A stretch of 61,725 bases of DNA, filler included, from Bipalium vagum (taxonomy: Eukaryota): NCBI GenBank assembly GCA_037834085.1. It is 3 parts of 3 records of this genome, joined end to end, with 100 filler letters (N's around TTAATTAATTAA, not from the genome) between each part and the next. Parts side by side here need not be neighbours in the genome. Positions count along the whole stretch, not along the records: positions 1 to 23,856 come from JBBMKC010205488.1; positions 23,957 to 41,496 come from JBBMKC010061449.1; 1 more part is not named here. The stretch is one strand, 5' to 3'. Under the pieces are notes generated by a model. The model was given only the letters and a program-made list of their open reading frames with translations. It was not told the origin of the DNA and did no database searches. This document shows positions 12,040 through 25,068 of this stretch, piece after piece. A program made the translations under genes and the position numbers. Each line of letters opens with the position of its first letter. Position 1 is the stretch's first letter.

Positions 12040-12170
12040 GGAGGACCAAATCGTTGTAAATCGGGAATATTGTTAAGTTTTAGAATTAATATTAATAATA
12101 ATAATAATAAAAATAATAAATAATAATGATATTATTAATTAACAATAATACATTTTTTAAAAAAATATAT
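12040..12170 (+). repeat. Polypurine-tract region and start of the 3' LTR (TGTTAAG at 12071)
   Basis: Gypsy-like ggaggaccaaatc...cgggaatatTGT boundary, followed by an AT-rich LTR start. Confidence 0.55.
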
Positions 12171-12229
12171 TTTTTCCGAAAGCCATATATCAAAATCTCT
12201 CCGTGTGGATTTTTTTGCACCTACAGTCG

Positions 12230-12930
12230 TATATCGGAATTCCAATGAGACAGAATCAGACAGAATTCTCACACGTCCCAATTACTGAAGTTGGAGTTCA
12301 ATCCTAAGCAATTGATATCGCAATAAAAAATATTATTCCCGACTTCCTTTTGGATCTCGTCGCTGATGTTCTGGAATATTTAAGAAGAAATCGATCTATT
12401 ATTGACAAGTGTCACAGATCAACTGAAGCGGTAAAGGAAAGATAATATCTCAGTTTCAGGTGAAAATCATGGGGAATTTAAAATTTTTTCACCATTAAGA
12501 CGGAAATATCGATATCAAAATTTTGTCTGTAATGGTTGCATTGATTGCCTGCTTTTGGGAAACTTAGAACTAAACGTCAAAAGTAAATAAAATGTGACAA
12601 AATCATTGCTTCCAAGATTCTTTTCTGAAGAAAATATGAATATATATATATATATGTAATTTTCGTCAAAATCACGCCTTGATCTATTTATCAATATCAT
12701 ATACATTATAACTATATCACCAGATTTTAATCAACATTTTTAAAAAATTGAAAACCGATATGAATTAAGGTCACTTTAAATGAAAACAATCATGAAATGT
12801 GGCCCTAAAGAGGACCGTATTTCGTTCTCTAAATCTAAAAAATTAAAAATTTTTCAAAATTAAATTTGTAAATTTATTAAATTTACTTTATATAAACAAT
12901 AAGTGACCTTCAAATTTTCAGGCACCTAGT
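12230..12930. repeat. Dispersed repeat shared with 27063-27320
   Basis: atcggaatt.caatgagacagaatcag.cagaa (12233/27065), ctaaagagga.c.tatttcgttctctaaatctaaaaaa (12805/27189) and gtgacc...tcagg are present in both copies. Confidence 0.75.
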
Positions 12931-13896
12931 TTATATATTAACCCAAATGGATTTAACCAAATTCTAATCCAGAAAACTCTTTATCTGAAATAACATTACA
13001 TATAAATAATAGATAAGATAATTTATAAATTGAGAATAAAATAAGCTTCTTTAATCTAACGTAAAATACACATTTTATCTGTCAAACTTTGGATCTGAAG
13101 TTTTTGAATAAACCCCAGTGTGATCGTAATGTTACTGAATTTAGTAGAACTGGAATAACTGTTCGGTGAATTCGTTCGTTGTGATTATTGTAATACAATA
13201 CTTTGAGGTTTCATAAGTTGAAAGGTGGGGGTAATCTAATTCAGAAAAAATAAACGCAGTATTTATCTTTTCTCTGATGTACTTCATTACATGATTTGAA
13301 GTACCTTGTAGAACTAACTTTTTTATGATTTTTCTTCAAATTATTTTTAAAAATAATTTTCAGATTTTGTGATCATTGTTAATGTTAGTATTATGACTAA
13401 AATATTTGTTTTTTATGCTTATTATTACGCCATAATATGGATAATGTTTTCACATGGAATATCATTTGATTTTTGCATGTCCGATTAAAGGTAAGGGAAA
13501 ATATAATATAGAATAAATATATTTGAAAATAATACATAAATATAATTTTTCTTATTTAATAGTTATATTATTTAATTCGAAGTTATGTCACCTGTATTAA
13601 AAATGGTAACTCCAGAGCAACCTAAGATATTTTTGAAGATAATTTGTTTACGTTAAGTAGCATGCATCAGATTAATACATCTTGTATCAAATAAATTATG
13701 AGTTTTATGGTATTTAAAATACAAAATTTACAATGCTTCTGAAGAAAGAATAATTCAAGAATTCTATACAATTTTTACCTTACATATAACCTGTTATGTA
13801 TCATGCTACAATTACGATTTGGAACCCCTTTAAATTTGTAATGATTAAGTGTAATTTTTGAATAGCTAAATTAAATAAATTAAAATTTTAAATATA

Positions 13897-15463
13897 CAGT
13901 AGCGCTCAAAAGTTAGTTGACACCCGAATTTTAAGTTTTCATAAGTAAGTTTAGTTGTTACTAGATAATTTTTGTTGTTAAAAATCTTCCTACTTCTTCC
14001 TACTGCAAAGAAATAAACTCTAAAAAATATTTTAAATTTATAAGATTTTAAATAATCAAAAAGCATAAACCATTAAAAACAAGCGCTCAAAAATTAGTTG
14101 TCATTTTATTTATAATCAATTTATAGTAAGATTATAAACTATTTTCTTAAAATAATGTCTAAAATCATTTAGTTTCAATCATGGTGAGAGCAAAAAATTA
14201 TAGTAATTATATTAAGAAACGAGTTGTTATGGTAGTTAAAAGAAGGAGAACACAAGCAAGTGTTTCGCGCGATTTTGGGCTTAAGCGACAGATAATCAGC
14301 AATTGGGTCAACAAATTTAACAGAAATGGAAATATTTTTAATGCACCAATATTTGGAAAACCAAGGAAAACAATTGCTCATCAAGATCGTATCATTATTC
14401 GTTTCTCAAAAGCAGATCCACTAAAAACTGCTGTCCATATTGTCACAGAAATTAATCAAAGTCATTCCAACGCATCAAATAAAATCAGTGTTTCTACTGT
14501 AAAAAGACGTCTACAATCTGCTGGACAATTTACAAGATGTCCCAGCAAGAAACTTTTTATATCGAAGAAAAATCGAATGGTACTGTTGGAATTTGCTCGC
14601 CTTCATAAAGATTGGTCTAAGGTGCTCTGGAGTGACGAAACCAGATTTTATTTGCTATCTAGTGATGGTATTCTATATGTTCGTCGATCTGTTAACCAAA
14701 AATTTAATGTAAGATATGAGGTTCCGACTATTAAACACGGTTGAGAAAATGTCATGGTGTGGGGTTGTTTTTCCAGAGATGGAGTCAGACCTCTTATTCA
14801 AATAAATGACATCAAGAATATGCAAATATATGATACCATAATTAAGGATACAATGATTCCATTTGAACATGAAACCATGAAAGAAGGCTGGATATTTCAG
14901 CAGGAAAACGACCCCAAACACACATCCAACGTTATTAAACAAACACTAGAACGCAACAAAATTCGTGTTATGAAGTGGCCTAGTCAAATGCGATTGAGCA
15001 TTTATGAGAGGAGCTTGATCGTATCATCCGAGTTAAAAAGATATCCAGAAATAAGATTTTTTAGAAATTTACAGGAACGTTGGATTAAAATTCCTTTAGA
15101 AAAATTGATTAAATTTCTTGACTCTATGCCTCGCAGATGTGCAGCTGTTATCGTTTCCAATGATTATGCTACTAAATATTAGTTTGGATCACTTTTATTA
15201 ATAATAAATTTTTTAAAATTCGTGTAATATATTATTAAAGGTTTCTCGATTTTCATGTTACATTGTCTATGACAACTAATTTGTGAACTCTTAATATTGC
15301 ATATTTTTTGAATATGTCATTTATTTAATATCAATTTTCGTTTGATTGCTTTAATTATCCTTTACAAAAACACATTTATATATTTGTTTGGGTAGTCATA
15401 ATAAAAAAGAAACTTCATAAAACACTTATATTTTCAGTGTCAACTAATTTTTGAGCGATACCG
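13897..15463 (+). mobile_element. Full-length Tc1-family (DD34E) transposon with IR/DR ends; transposase inactivated
   Basis: TIR cagtagcgctcaaaagttagttgacac / gtgtcaactaatttttgagcgataccg, TA on both sides. Inner repeats at ~14082 and ~15270. ORFs 14181-14744 and 14754-15182 (WSDETRF, KHG*ENVMVWGCF, FQQENDPKH); SPDLNPIE is disrupted. Confidence 0.95.
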
Positions 15464-16704
15464 TATATTTGTGATTAAATTAATATCATTTTGATCGTTA
15501 CAGTATTGTATAAGTATTAGAAGTTTAGGCTGTTATAAAAAGTTTTTGATACTTATAGTTAATCCAAAAACTGAAGCATATATAAATTTTACTAAAAAAG
15601 ATTACATTAATAACCAATATTTGTATGACTATATAATAATTAGATGTTTTTATATCAAAATTTAGCTCTGGGTGTATATATTTATTCACCACAGCTATTG
15701 GCCATGGAACGCTTTCGTAATGTGCGACCAATAAAGTTTATTACTTTTTAAAATTTTTTGGTAGGAATAGAACAGTAAGAAACATAGTAATGAGTTGTTT
15801 CATAACTTTCACAGATAATTAATAAAAATAAATATAATTCAATTACTTAAAATTTGGTAACTACATAAATAACCAATAACTCGTGTCAACAAATGTGGTA
15901 ATAACTTAGCAATTATCCCGATTTGTTCCCAAGACATCCGAAAATGAATTAATATACCATATGATTGCAAACGTATTATTTCATGAATCTTATTTTCTGT
16001 CACACCTTGAACTTTGCTGAGCCAACATAATTAATAAATAAGGAATCAGTAAATTTCCATGATTTCGTTGTTGCTTAAACATTCACTTCATTTTCATGTA
16101 AATCAGATTCAAACCTAGTTACAGGTTTTGTTTTAGTATATAAAATTTTAAAAGAAATAGGAAATAAAAAACGTACCAGTTATTAATACTGGATCAAAAC
16201 TGTTATATTTTATAATTATTGCAAGACTACAAAATATAGTATTTTTCCATCTTATATGGCAATCTTGTTATAGTAACAATTATTATTTAAGAGATTGTTT
16301 AAAAATAGACAGAGGCTTTAATTTGAAATAAAAATCTAATAAGATCTGGAAACGTGTTGAAAATGTTCCTGTCAATTATATATTTATAAATAACATTTCC
16401 ATTACAGCAGTGTTAAATAATATCGTAAAAAATCTGAATAACACATTATTTAAAAGTACAATGAGCGTCAATTTGAAATATCATCAGACAATAAACGAGT
16501 AAAAGACAAAACTCAGTAAAAATACGTTTTATTGTCAAAAGATTAACGCATCACCAGCCTTCTTCAAATTATCAAAAAGAACTCTGAAGGCGTTATTCTG
16601 AATTAGTTCTTTTTTAAATAAAAAATTGAGGTTACATTGTCCAAATCAATGAGCAAATTAAAACGGTGGATAAAAATTGAAAACGAAAAAAGTTTTGGGT
16701 CAGA

Positions 16705-19700
16705 TTAATACCCAAGATATTTGTATGCAAAATAGCCACATGCAAAAGATACGATTCCAACAAAGGTACTTGCACCTGCAATAAAAGTCGTTCGACTCTG
16801 TCGCGTCAAAAAGTTTGCTAATCTCTTCAAGCCTAATTTAAACATCAATCTATCACGTTCGAGATTTTTCTGGCGCATATTTTGGCGAATGTCTTCTATC
16901 ATTTGATTTGTGCGTTTACGCCGATTTTCTCGTACAGTTTTACGATCACTTGTAGCATTGGTTAATAAATCATGAGAAATGTTATCACGGTTTGACTGAC
17001 AAATTTCCTTGGTACGATAACTGTTGAACATGTGCAAATTTACATTCAATAAAACCAAAAATAATCCGAATAAAATCAACAATAATAAAATTCTTCCTTT
17101 AGCAAATTTAGAAATAAGCTCAATGACTTGTTCTCCAGTCATCATTCCACGCTTACTAAATTAGAAATATTATTGATTTTTTAAGAACCAATTGATTTTG
17201 AAAATTCTTTGGAGCTTATTAATCGTTTTATTTTTATAATGTGACAATCGATATAATTATTGATTTTTTAAAATTAATCTACCTTCACAATATGTAATTT
17301 TAAATTTCAATCAAATTCAATGTTCAAATCAAATGGAGAAACTGTTGACGGAAAAAATCAAAAAGAATTTTCAAATAAAATTTCATTTTAAGAAAAATGT
17401 TTACATTTTTTAATAGAAATTAGCGGGAATAATGACCTCTCAAAGAAAATAAATAAGTTGATAATAAATTAATTACCTTTTTGATAAAAGTCTAAAATTA
17501 ATGTTTATTTATTTGAAAAATTGACATCCTCATCTCATCTGTTACAAATAAACTCCTAAATCCTCCTGGTGTTGATAAAACAATCAATATTTACTGAAAA
17601 ACAAACCATCTAATTCATCATCAGTCGCTATTATTTGACCTTTGAAAATTCATATAGACTAACATTATTATTTAAAATTCTTATGAATGTTGAATGATTA
17701 ATGAAACTTTTGATGAAATGAAATATTGATTATAAATAAAACCTAACGCTAACTACTTCATGACCGACAATTTCATACAAACACTTTTTCATTCATCGAA
17801 TGTATTTACACGATCCATTGTTATTATTATTTATTATTATCGAACAATTATTGGAGCCGGAGAACACTTGACGATTTTGTATACATATTTCTGAATGAAC
17901 AGATTTAGCTGTGAAGACACACAAAGTGAACGTGATTGGTTGAACGGAAAAGTTGTATAAAGTTTAAGTACAATTCGTAAACAATTCGAAATTGATTCCA
18001 ATTATATACATAAATCAATAATAACTCGAAATAGTTTACGATTTTTAAAAATAACAATTGAAAAACACGAAAATAATATTTACACAAAATGAATATAGAT
18101 TAGAGACAGGTGATGCTTATCGGAAAATCGATTTTTATAATTTTTTCTAACAAATTTACTTTGATAATAATATACACTCCTTTTTAGATTAACTGAAAAT
18201 TACTTTCAGATGAAAAATCAATCAAACACTTCAAACTTGTCTACTTATATTCTGAAAGCATCACACAACACCGTTCAATTATTTTCTCTATAATTAATAT
18301 TGCCGCCTCATCGTTCATCATAATTAATTAACATGTTAAGCTAACTATTCTTATTCTCAGTATTTATAACATTTAACTCTTAGCTATGCAATAAGAAATT
18401 AAATAAAGAAACGATAACGTACTTTTGTAACATAAAATCAATGGAACTTTCCGTCTTCTTTGATGGTGGCAAACCTCGTCTGGTACGAACGGCATCAGCG
18501 GCTTTATCAAGAGCCAGATCGTTCTCGCTATTTTCGCTGAGCTCTAAATCAGTGTCTCCATCAGAGTTCGATATTTCCATGGATTTTAAATCCACAAGAT
18601 TTTCAGAACACTTTGAAATAGAAAACAAAACCATTAACCTTATGAGACAAATACAATCATTTTTATAAACAGAAAATAATCAGTTTACAACAAATAATAG
18701 ATTAAGAAAACAATAACCTGAGATTGAATTATAATTTTTAATCAATAAAAATCAATGAAAATATTTTAAAATAGCTTAGTAACAATCATCAAAAAGTGAA
18801 GAACTATTTTGAATGAAAGAGGAAATAATTTTTCTTTTGAATTCGACGAGCATCTCTTAGAAAATATTTTATTTTTCACACATGAGCGGAATGCATTTTC
18901 CACTGCCATATAAAAATGAATAACATACAACAGGATTTTGTCAGAGGAAATTTTAACGAAAATAAAACTCGTTGATTTGAATAACAATTACTTCTGATTG
19001 CCAGATAAAGTATTAGTGCTGGAAACGTTGATAAATTGAGAATAAATGAAACAGTCCAAAACTAATATACCGTTCGAATCTTTACAAATAAAATTTTGTA
19101 GAGAAATTCGGAAAAAAGTTCTTTGAATATTTTAGAACTTCAATGCTTCGTTTTTGTTTTACAATAATAATGTAACAAAGGAAAATAAAATTACTTTAAC
19201 CAAATTAACTAGAAATTAAGCACAAAAACAAATAAATAACGTTGGAGAAATATCAAGCTGCAATGTAGTAATATAAACTAATTGTGAAATATAAATCTAA
19301 ATAAAATGATAAAGATGTAACACAAAAAACTAAAATATCTTCACGCTACTTCAATAGGAAATTGTCAATATTTCTAAAAAAAAACCACAAATATGTATTA
19401 TAAATACAACCACCAAGAATACTGGTTAACGATTCAACTGTGACGATGAATAAAACGAACACCAAGAATTCTATTTATCAAAAAAACATAGGGTAACAAT
19501 CCTAGAAGCTTGGTGTGTTATGGATCTTGCGAGCTACTCTTTTCGCCGACGACGGAACAATTGATTTATCAAAATTTAAGCTACGGCTTCGTTTCAAAGA
19601 CGGTTTGTGGTGATGACAAACGTTGTTGTGGTCCTGGAAAGGTAAAATACACGTAATAATGCCCAAAATTTTCGCATTTCATATTAATTTATCGATTTTA

Positions 19701-21194
19701 AAATTTTCACCTATCAATAATATCAATTTTTCACTGAACATAAAAAACAACGTAATAAATTCCCAAAAAATGTGACCGATTCACGTTTTCCTTAGTGAAT
19801 ATTACCGAGATTCTTTTTCAATAAGATTCTCTAAGTAGATTCTTGGAAATAAATTTAATGTTCAATATAAAATCACATGTGCTCAAATTAAAGAAATATA
19901 TCAAGACCTTTCAGCAGCTTTACACACCTGATTAACGGAAAACATAACAAGAAATACAGTTGCAATGCCGACAAGAATAACTTATTTAAAGGGTCTTCAA
20001 TATCAGAAGAGGATCATCTGACATTAACAAGTGACAAAAAATTACTTCTACTGGTTCGGTAGCATTGTTTTCAGGCTTCACCATGGTTTTCGAACCGGCA
20101 ATAATGGACAAGTAGGCAAACCGTAATTGTTCTGCAGTCTGAATTAGGCCCAACCGACATTTTCGCAGCTGAACGAGCATCTGTTGCAAATTGACCGTGT
20201 TACAAGACTGGTCTTCATCGATCTGGTACAAGAATAATACATAGAAATTAACCATTGACAAATACCTTCAATAATGCCAGGTCAATCAACACAAAAGTGC
20301 CTGAACGACCAATCCCAGCACTACAATGTACAATGGCTGGTTGATTAGGATCGTTCAGTCCACCACTGTCTCTAACGTCACCAAGAAATTTGAGGAATAA
20401 TTCCGACGAGCTTGGTACTCCAAAATCGGGCCATGACTGATAATGGAATTGGGTAATTTTTCTGATTTCTTTTGTCTTTAAAAATCAATATTGATTTCCG
20501 ATTATCATGTCCATAATAACTTGTTACTTGTTCATTTTGGAGACTGAACACCCTCTTAATGTAAGATTTACTGACTTCATTTTCCGACAAAGAAATTGTT
20601 AACCCGTATTCGGGATAATCACAAGTTTCGAGTTCTGTTTCAGGAAAATATTGCGCGCACTTTACCTATATTGTGATAAACATTTGAATAGAAAAAAAGT
20701 TATTTACTGTATCTTTTTCAATAACTCTGTTTAGCATTATTATGCAGTTTGAATGTTCATCCCACACCATTTTCCAAAAGTGACACATAGTAGAGACCAG
20801 CGGTCCTTGAGTTAAAATATAACGACGACCGTATTTGTTATTTTCCAAATTAACATAGCTGGCATTAATATAATCTGAATTTTCAGCGTTTAACAATTTA
20901 ACTCGTGTAGAATCGTCTGAATAATTAGTATATATAATCATTATTTTTTGAAAATAACTAACATGGTAATACATCCCTGTACCTATTTCGTGACCTATTA
21001 TTAGGATTACGAGCACTTTCAAATGTTTCGTGTTTTGTTTCCTTCTCAGTTTCTTCTCGTAAAGACTATGGAATAGATCTTTTTAAATTAAAACTATATG
21101 ATTTATTTACCATTAATACAATTTTCCATAACTTTTTATTTTCAATTTCCAAAAATTCTTGATTAAGATTCATTTTTTGAGAAGACAAAATCAT
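16705..21194 (-). CDS. PTPN1: Non-receptor protein tyrosine phosphatase, PTP1B/TC-PTP (PTPN1/2, Ptp61F) type, multi-exon
   Basis: Spliced exons give [78 protein letters not shown] and [11 protein letters not shown]. The C-terminal exon has the basic [17 protein letters not shown] and a hydrophobic tail anchor ending at the stop at 16705. Confidence 0.95.
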
Positions 21195-23729
21195 TGGTCT
21201 AAATAAAAATTTACTTCAATAGGTTTTAAATTTATAAATCTAAAGAATATAAATTAATTATATATTTTACAAATTTCAAAAGTTAAAATTGATAATATTT
21301 AAACAATTTGATTTTTGTTATTGTTAAAAACATTTAAGAAAATATTTTTGAAACCCATAAACTGACCTCACATTTTTAAATAGACAAAATTTTATTTATT
21401 TGAAAATATCAAGAATATAAATAATAAATGTTTGAATTACTGAAAATAATCAGTCAAGACAATATTAATCTAATGAAATAATAGGAAAAACACAAATATA
21501 ATTATTAAAATATTTATGGTGATACTACTCTTTATTTCCATTTTATGAAGTGTACTTCAATTTAAAATTAAATTATAAAATTAATTATTTATTAAAATAA
21601 CTGTAAATAAATAATAATTATGAAATTTAATATTAAGGTAAGAATAATTAATAAAATAACATTAATTAATAAGTTTGGTAAAAAATATTGAATTAAAGAA
21701 ATTGAAAGAATGATTCAAAAGTTAAAAAGTAATTTTAAGCGAAGAAAAGAAGATTATTTCATGCCATATAAAATAGCTTGGTGATTCTTTAAAACTAACA
21801 TGCAAAATTCGAGATTAACAGTCCCAGTGTAGAAAGGTGGATATTAAATTATTATTTTAATTGAAGACCAGAACAGGGAGTCTTAAAAAAGATTAGTGGC
21901 TTCTTTTGATCTCGCACTTAGCATTCATTACTGGTGGTCTTCTCTTAATGTCCAACACTCAACATCTTTCAGTTAAACACGTATTTGGTAGGCAGGGACT
22001 AGAATCCATGCCTGGCAAGCATTAGTTTCACCAGCTAAAGATTTCTGTATTCAATAGAAAGGGACAAATATGAGTAGTAGTTCTTTATCAACCTAATCAA
22101 AATCACAAGATAAACAATACATTTTATTATCTTTTTTATTTCTCGTCATTCCACGTTATGATTATTTGACTTTCATATGTGTAGCTTACTTAATTTTTTA
22201 AAAGTAAGAAATCCTAAATTACAATAGCTTACGAACAGAAAAAATTTTAAAAACCTTCTGCAAAAATAAAAATATAGAAGTATAAAATTTAATCTCATTT
22301 TAATGTCATGATTATATTTTTGTGAGTTCAATTTATAGTTCAGCTATTCTTGCATAAAAGATTAAAATATTAACCATAATTAGGATCACAAATACATAAT
22401 CAATTAGACTATCTAAATTCTCTAGCACAGGTAATATATGCTATGTTTCATGGAATATTATCCAGAATGTATCATTTAAATGCTTAATCTTATTTAGTTA
22501 TCAAAAATACATTAAGAGTAAAGCAAAATTTCAATAAGAAGTTGTAGTTTAAATATCATTGATTTTAAAGGCCTTAGATATTCATTGGTGAAAAGTATAT
22601 TTTTCACAATGGACTCAGGAATTTACAAATGAATCAAGAGACTTACAGTTCTATCCAAGAAGACAAATTCCAATGAAAAATACTGGTTCGTATTACTCAA
22701 AAACCATATGGCAATTGTAAATTAAAAATACTTCCAAATGTATTCGAACTCAATTCTGTTAATATTCCTAGAAAATAATTTTTGGAAATTGTTGAATTTT
22801 GAAGTGAGACTTTCAGAAAAGGATGGAAAGTTAAAAGATTGATCCACTTATTTATTAATCGAACTTATTATTACCAAATAAGAGAGACTTTTACAGAATA
22901 TACTAGTTAACAGTTTCTATCCAACGAAAGATAAAAATATAGAAAATGACACGTGAAGATCAAATTATACTTCGAAATTTGTCAAAGACATAACGGTTTT
23001 TAAAAAATACCTATTACTGTTTTATATTTCTTTACATTTTCATATAATTATGAAATTCTAGTGGCTATCAGTTAATTTTGAGAGACTAATTAATTAAAAG
23101 CAATTATAATTAATTAAAATTGTTAATTAACTCATTGTCTGGAAAATTATAATACAAAAAATTAATTGGTTTTAAAAGACAAAGGATCAATCAATCAGTT
23201 AATAATATATTTATTAATTTATGTTTAAATTCCCTCTAGTTTCTAAAATCATAACGGAAAATTGGATGTGATCAAATTTTAAGCTGGCCAAATATCCAAT
23301 TTGTTATCTGAATCCTGACGTCTCATCCATCAAATAACCACTTTGATGGAATTGTAATTAATAACGTTCCAATAGACTTGTAAACTGATAGCTTCTTGAG
23401 AATTATTACTGCAATATTGCATTCTTATTGAATCCAATTTAACGGATAACGAAGAAGGCTATATTTTCCTGGGCTAAATTACTATCTCTGATATTTTCAT
23501 ATATTTTGTAAATTGTTGAAAAACAAATTTCTGGGTTAAAAATATATTATTAGCATTTTCTGAAATTATTTCAATTTTCTTTTCGATTTTTTTTGATAAA
23601 TTAATGATAGACACTTAAATATAATACTTAGAAAATAAATACTAAAAAGTTTAAATTATAAAATTTAAATACTAAATAATTTAAATATATTATTAAAAAT
23701 TAAACATTATTATTATTACATGTAAAGTA

Positions 23730-23835
23730 CAGTGAAACCTACTTAAATTGAACACCATAATGTCCTTGCTGACAAGTTTAAATTAGAGAGGTGTTCAGAT
23801 AATCAAGGTGTTCAAGTTTAACAGGTTACATTACA
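23730..23835. mobile_element. Possible pogo/Tigger-type MITE remnant
   Basis: tacagtgaaacct... start with internal aggtgttca repeats and an imperfect aggttacatt end. Confidence 0.35.
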
Positions 23836-23856
23836 CATCTGTTTACACTTTTGTTC

Positions 23857-23956
23857 NNNNNNNNNNNNNNNNNNNNNNNNNNNNNNNNNNNNNNNNNNNN
23901 TTAATTAATTAANNNNNNNNNNNNNNNNNNNNNNNNNNNNNNNNNNNNNNNNNNNN
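23857..23956. other. Assembly gap (100 bp) with an artificial TTAATTAATTAA spacer
   Basis: N-run with a central ttaattaattaa, identical in layout to the second gap. Confidence 0.97.
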
Positions 23957-24133
23957 TTAACCACAAAATGTTTTCATTAAAATTCAAATCTCAGTTTAAG
24001 AAGTTTTTGTTTTCTTTTTCTGGAGTCTCCACAGTTCTAATTATCTTAATTTTGATATATTGCTTTTTTAGAATTATTTTAATCTTCATTTTAAAAGTTT
24101 TAATTTATGTTATTATTAGTAGTAATATCGTCT

Positions 24134-24223
24134 TATTATTATTATTACTATTATTATTATTATTACTATTATTATTATTATTACTATTATTATTACTATT
24201 ATTATTATTATTATTATTATTAT
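24134..24223. repeat. (TTA/CTA)n microsatellite
   Basis: Trinucleotide run that generates the poly-L and poly-Y spurious ORFs. Confidence 0.95.
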
Positions 24224-24400
24224 TCTTTAATATTAGTGATATTAATAATAGAATATAAAAATTTTAAAAATATTAAAAGAAAATCAATTGAAAAATGAAA
24301 CCCATTGAAAAAGGCATACTGAGAAGCCCAACAGCTGTGCCATGACAAAGTGAAGGGTCTCGAGGAATGCCTCAAGGCTCCAACATGAAGACTAAAATTC

Positions 24401-24408
24401 TATAAAAA
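24401..24408 (+). promoter_or_regulatory. TATA box of the lectin gene
   Basis: TATAAAAA about 58 bp upstream of the lectin ATG; AATAAA follows the stop at ~25105. Confidence 0.5.
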
Positions 24409-24458
24409 CAGACGAAAATTGAACAGCAGTCATCAGCCTAACTTAAAGCATTTGCAAC

Positions 24459-25068
24459 ATGAGACTATTGATCTTATCTTTGTTGATGGTAGTGAACGTC
24501 TTCCAAAGACTAAATGGTAAGATTTCTGACATTTGCTTTGGATCGAACCCTAATTTCGGTTCATTTAACAGCATCTCTGGTGGAGAGTCAACTTCATCTT
24601 TTGCCAAACCAGGCCAACTATGATAATGCTCAAAAGCTTTGTAGGGATCAAGGGTGGAAGCTCGTTAAAGTTAAGGATGCCGCGTCAAATGTAATATTAT
24701 TTTGCTAATCAAAAATTGTTCTTTCACCAACACTGTCTAGATGGTCGTGTACAATTTTGCAATTAAGAAGAAAATAAAAGAATATTGGATGGACGGAAGT
24801 GACAGAGTCAAAGAAGGCAGGTGGCAGTACAGTGATGGCAAGGACTTCGTTTACAAGTACTGTATTATTGAAATGTTGAACGTTGTTATGAAACGTGTTA
24901 TTCGACCATAGAAACTTTCAAAATGGAGAACCAAGTAACGGAAATGGAGGTGGCGAACATTGCTTGGAAGGCATACGGTACCCAAATGGACTATGGAACG
25001 ACATCTCTTGTAATAATGCAAGATATGTGATCTGCACTAGTTCTGTTGCGAATGATGAGACGTGTTAA
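24459..25068 (+). CDS. Secreted single-domain C-type lectin, four exons (resembles planarian scarf-type lectins)
   Basis: Signal peptide MRLLILSLLMVV and three short GT-AG introns. The spliced protein has NYDNAQKLC, YWMDGSD..KEGRWQY, GEPSN, EHCLE, GLWNDISC and YVIC. Confidence 0.93.

Larger units (their letters stand above)
6045..12170 (+). mobile_element. Decayed Ty3/Gypsy-type LTR retroelement carrying an env-like glycoprotein, PR, RT and a DEDDh exonuclease; 5'-truncated, RNase H/integrase absent
   Basis: Purine-rich coding-like block distinct from its flanks. Motifs LIDSGATVS, MPFGLTGAPATFQR, SLDDII, KYLGH and FLGLAGYYRRFI. Gypsy-style 3' end ttcggaggaccaaatc...aaatcgggaatat|TGTTAAG at 12071. 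Confidence 0.9.

Noticed and set aside
23968-24298. Poly-Leu and poly-Tyr ORFs
   Set aside because: Translations of a (TTA)n microsatellite; the same applies to 28608-29000 (poly-Ile) and 41326-41544
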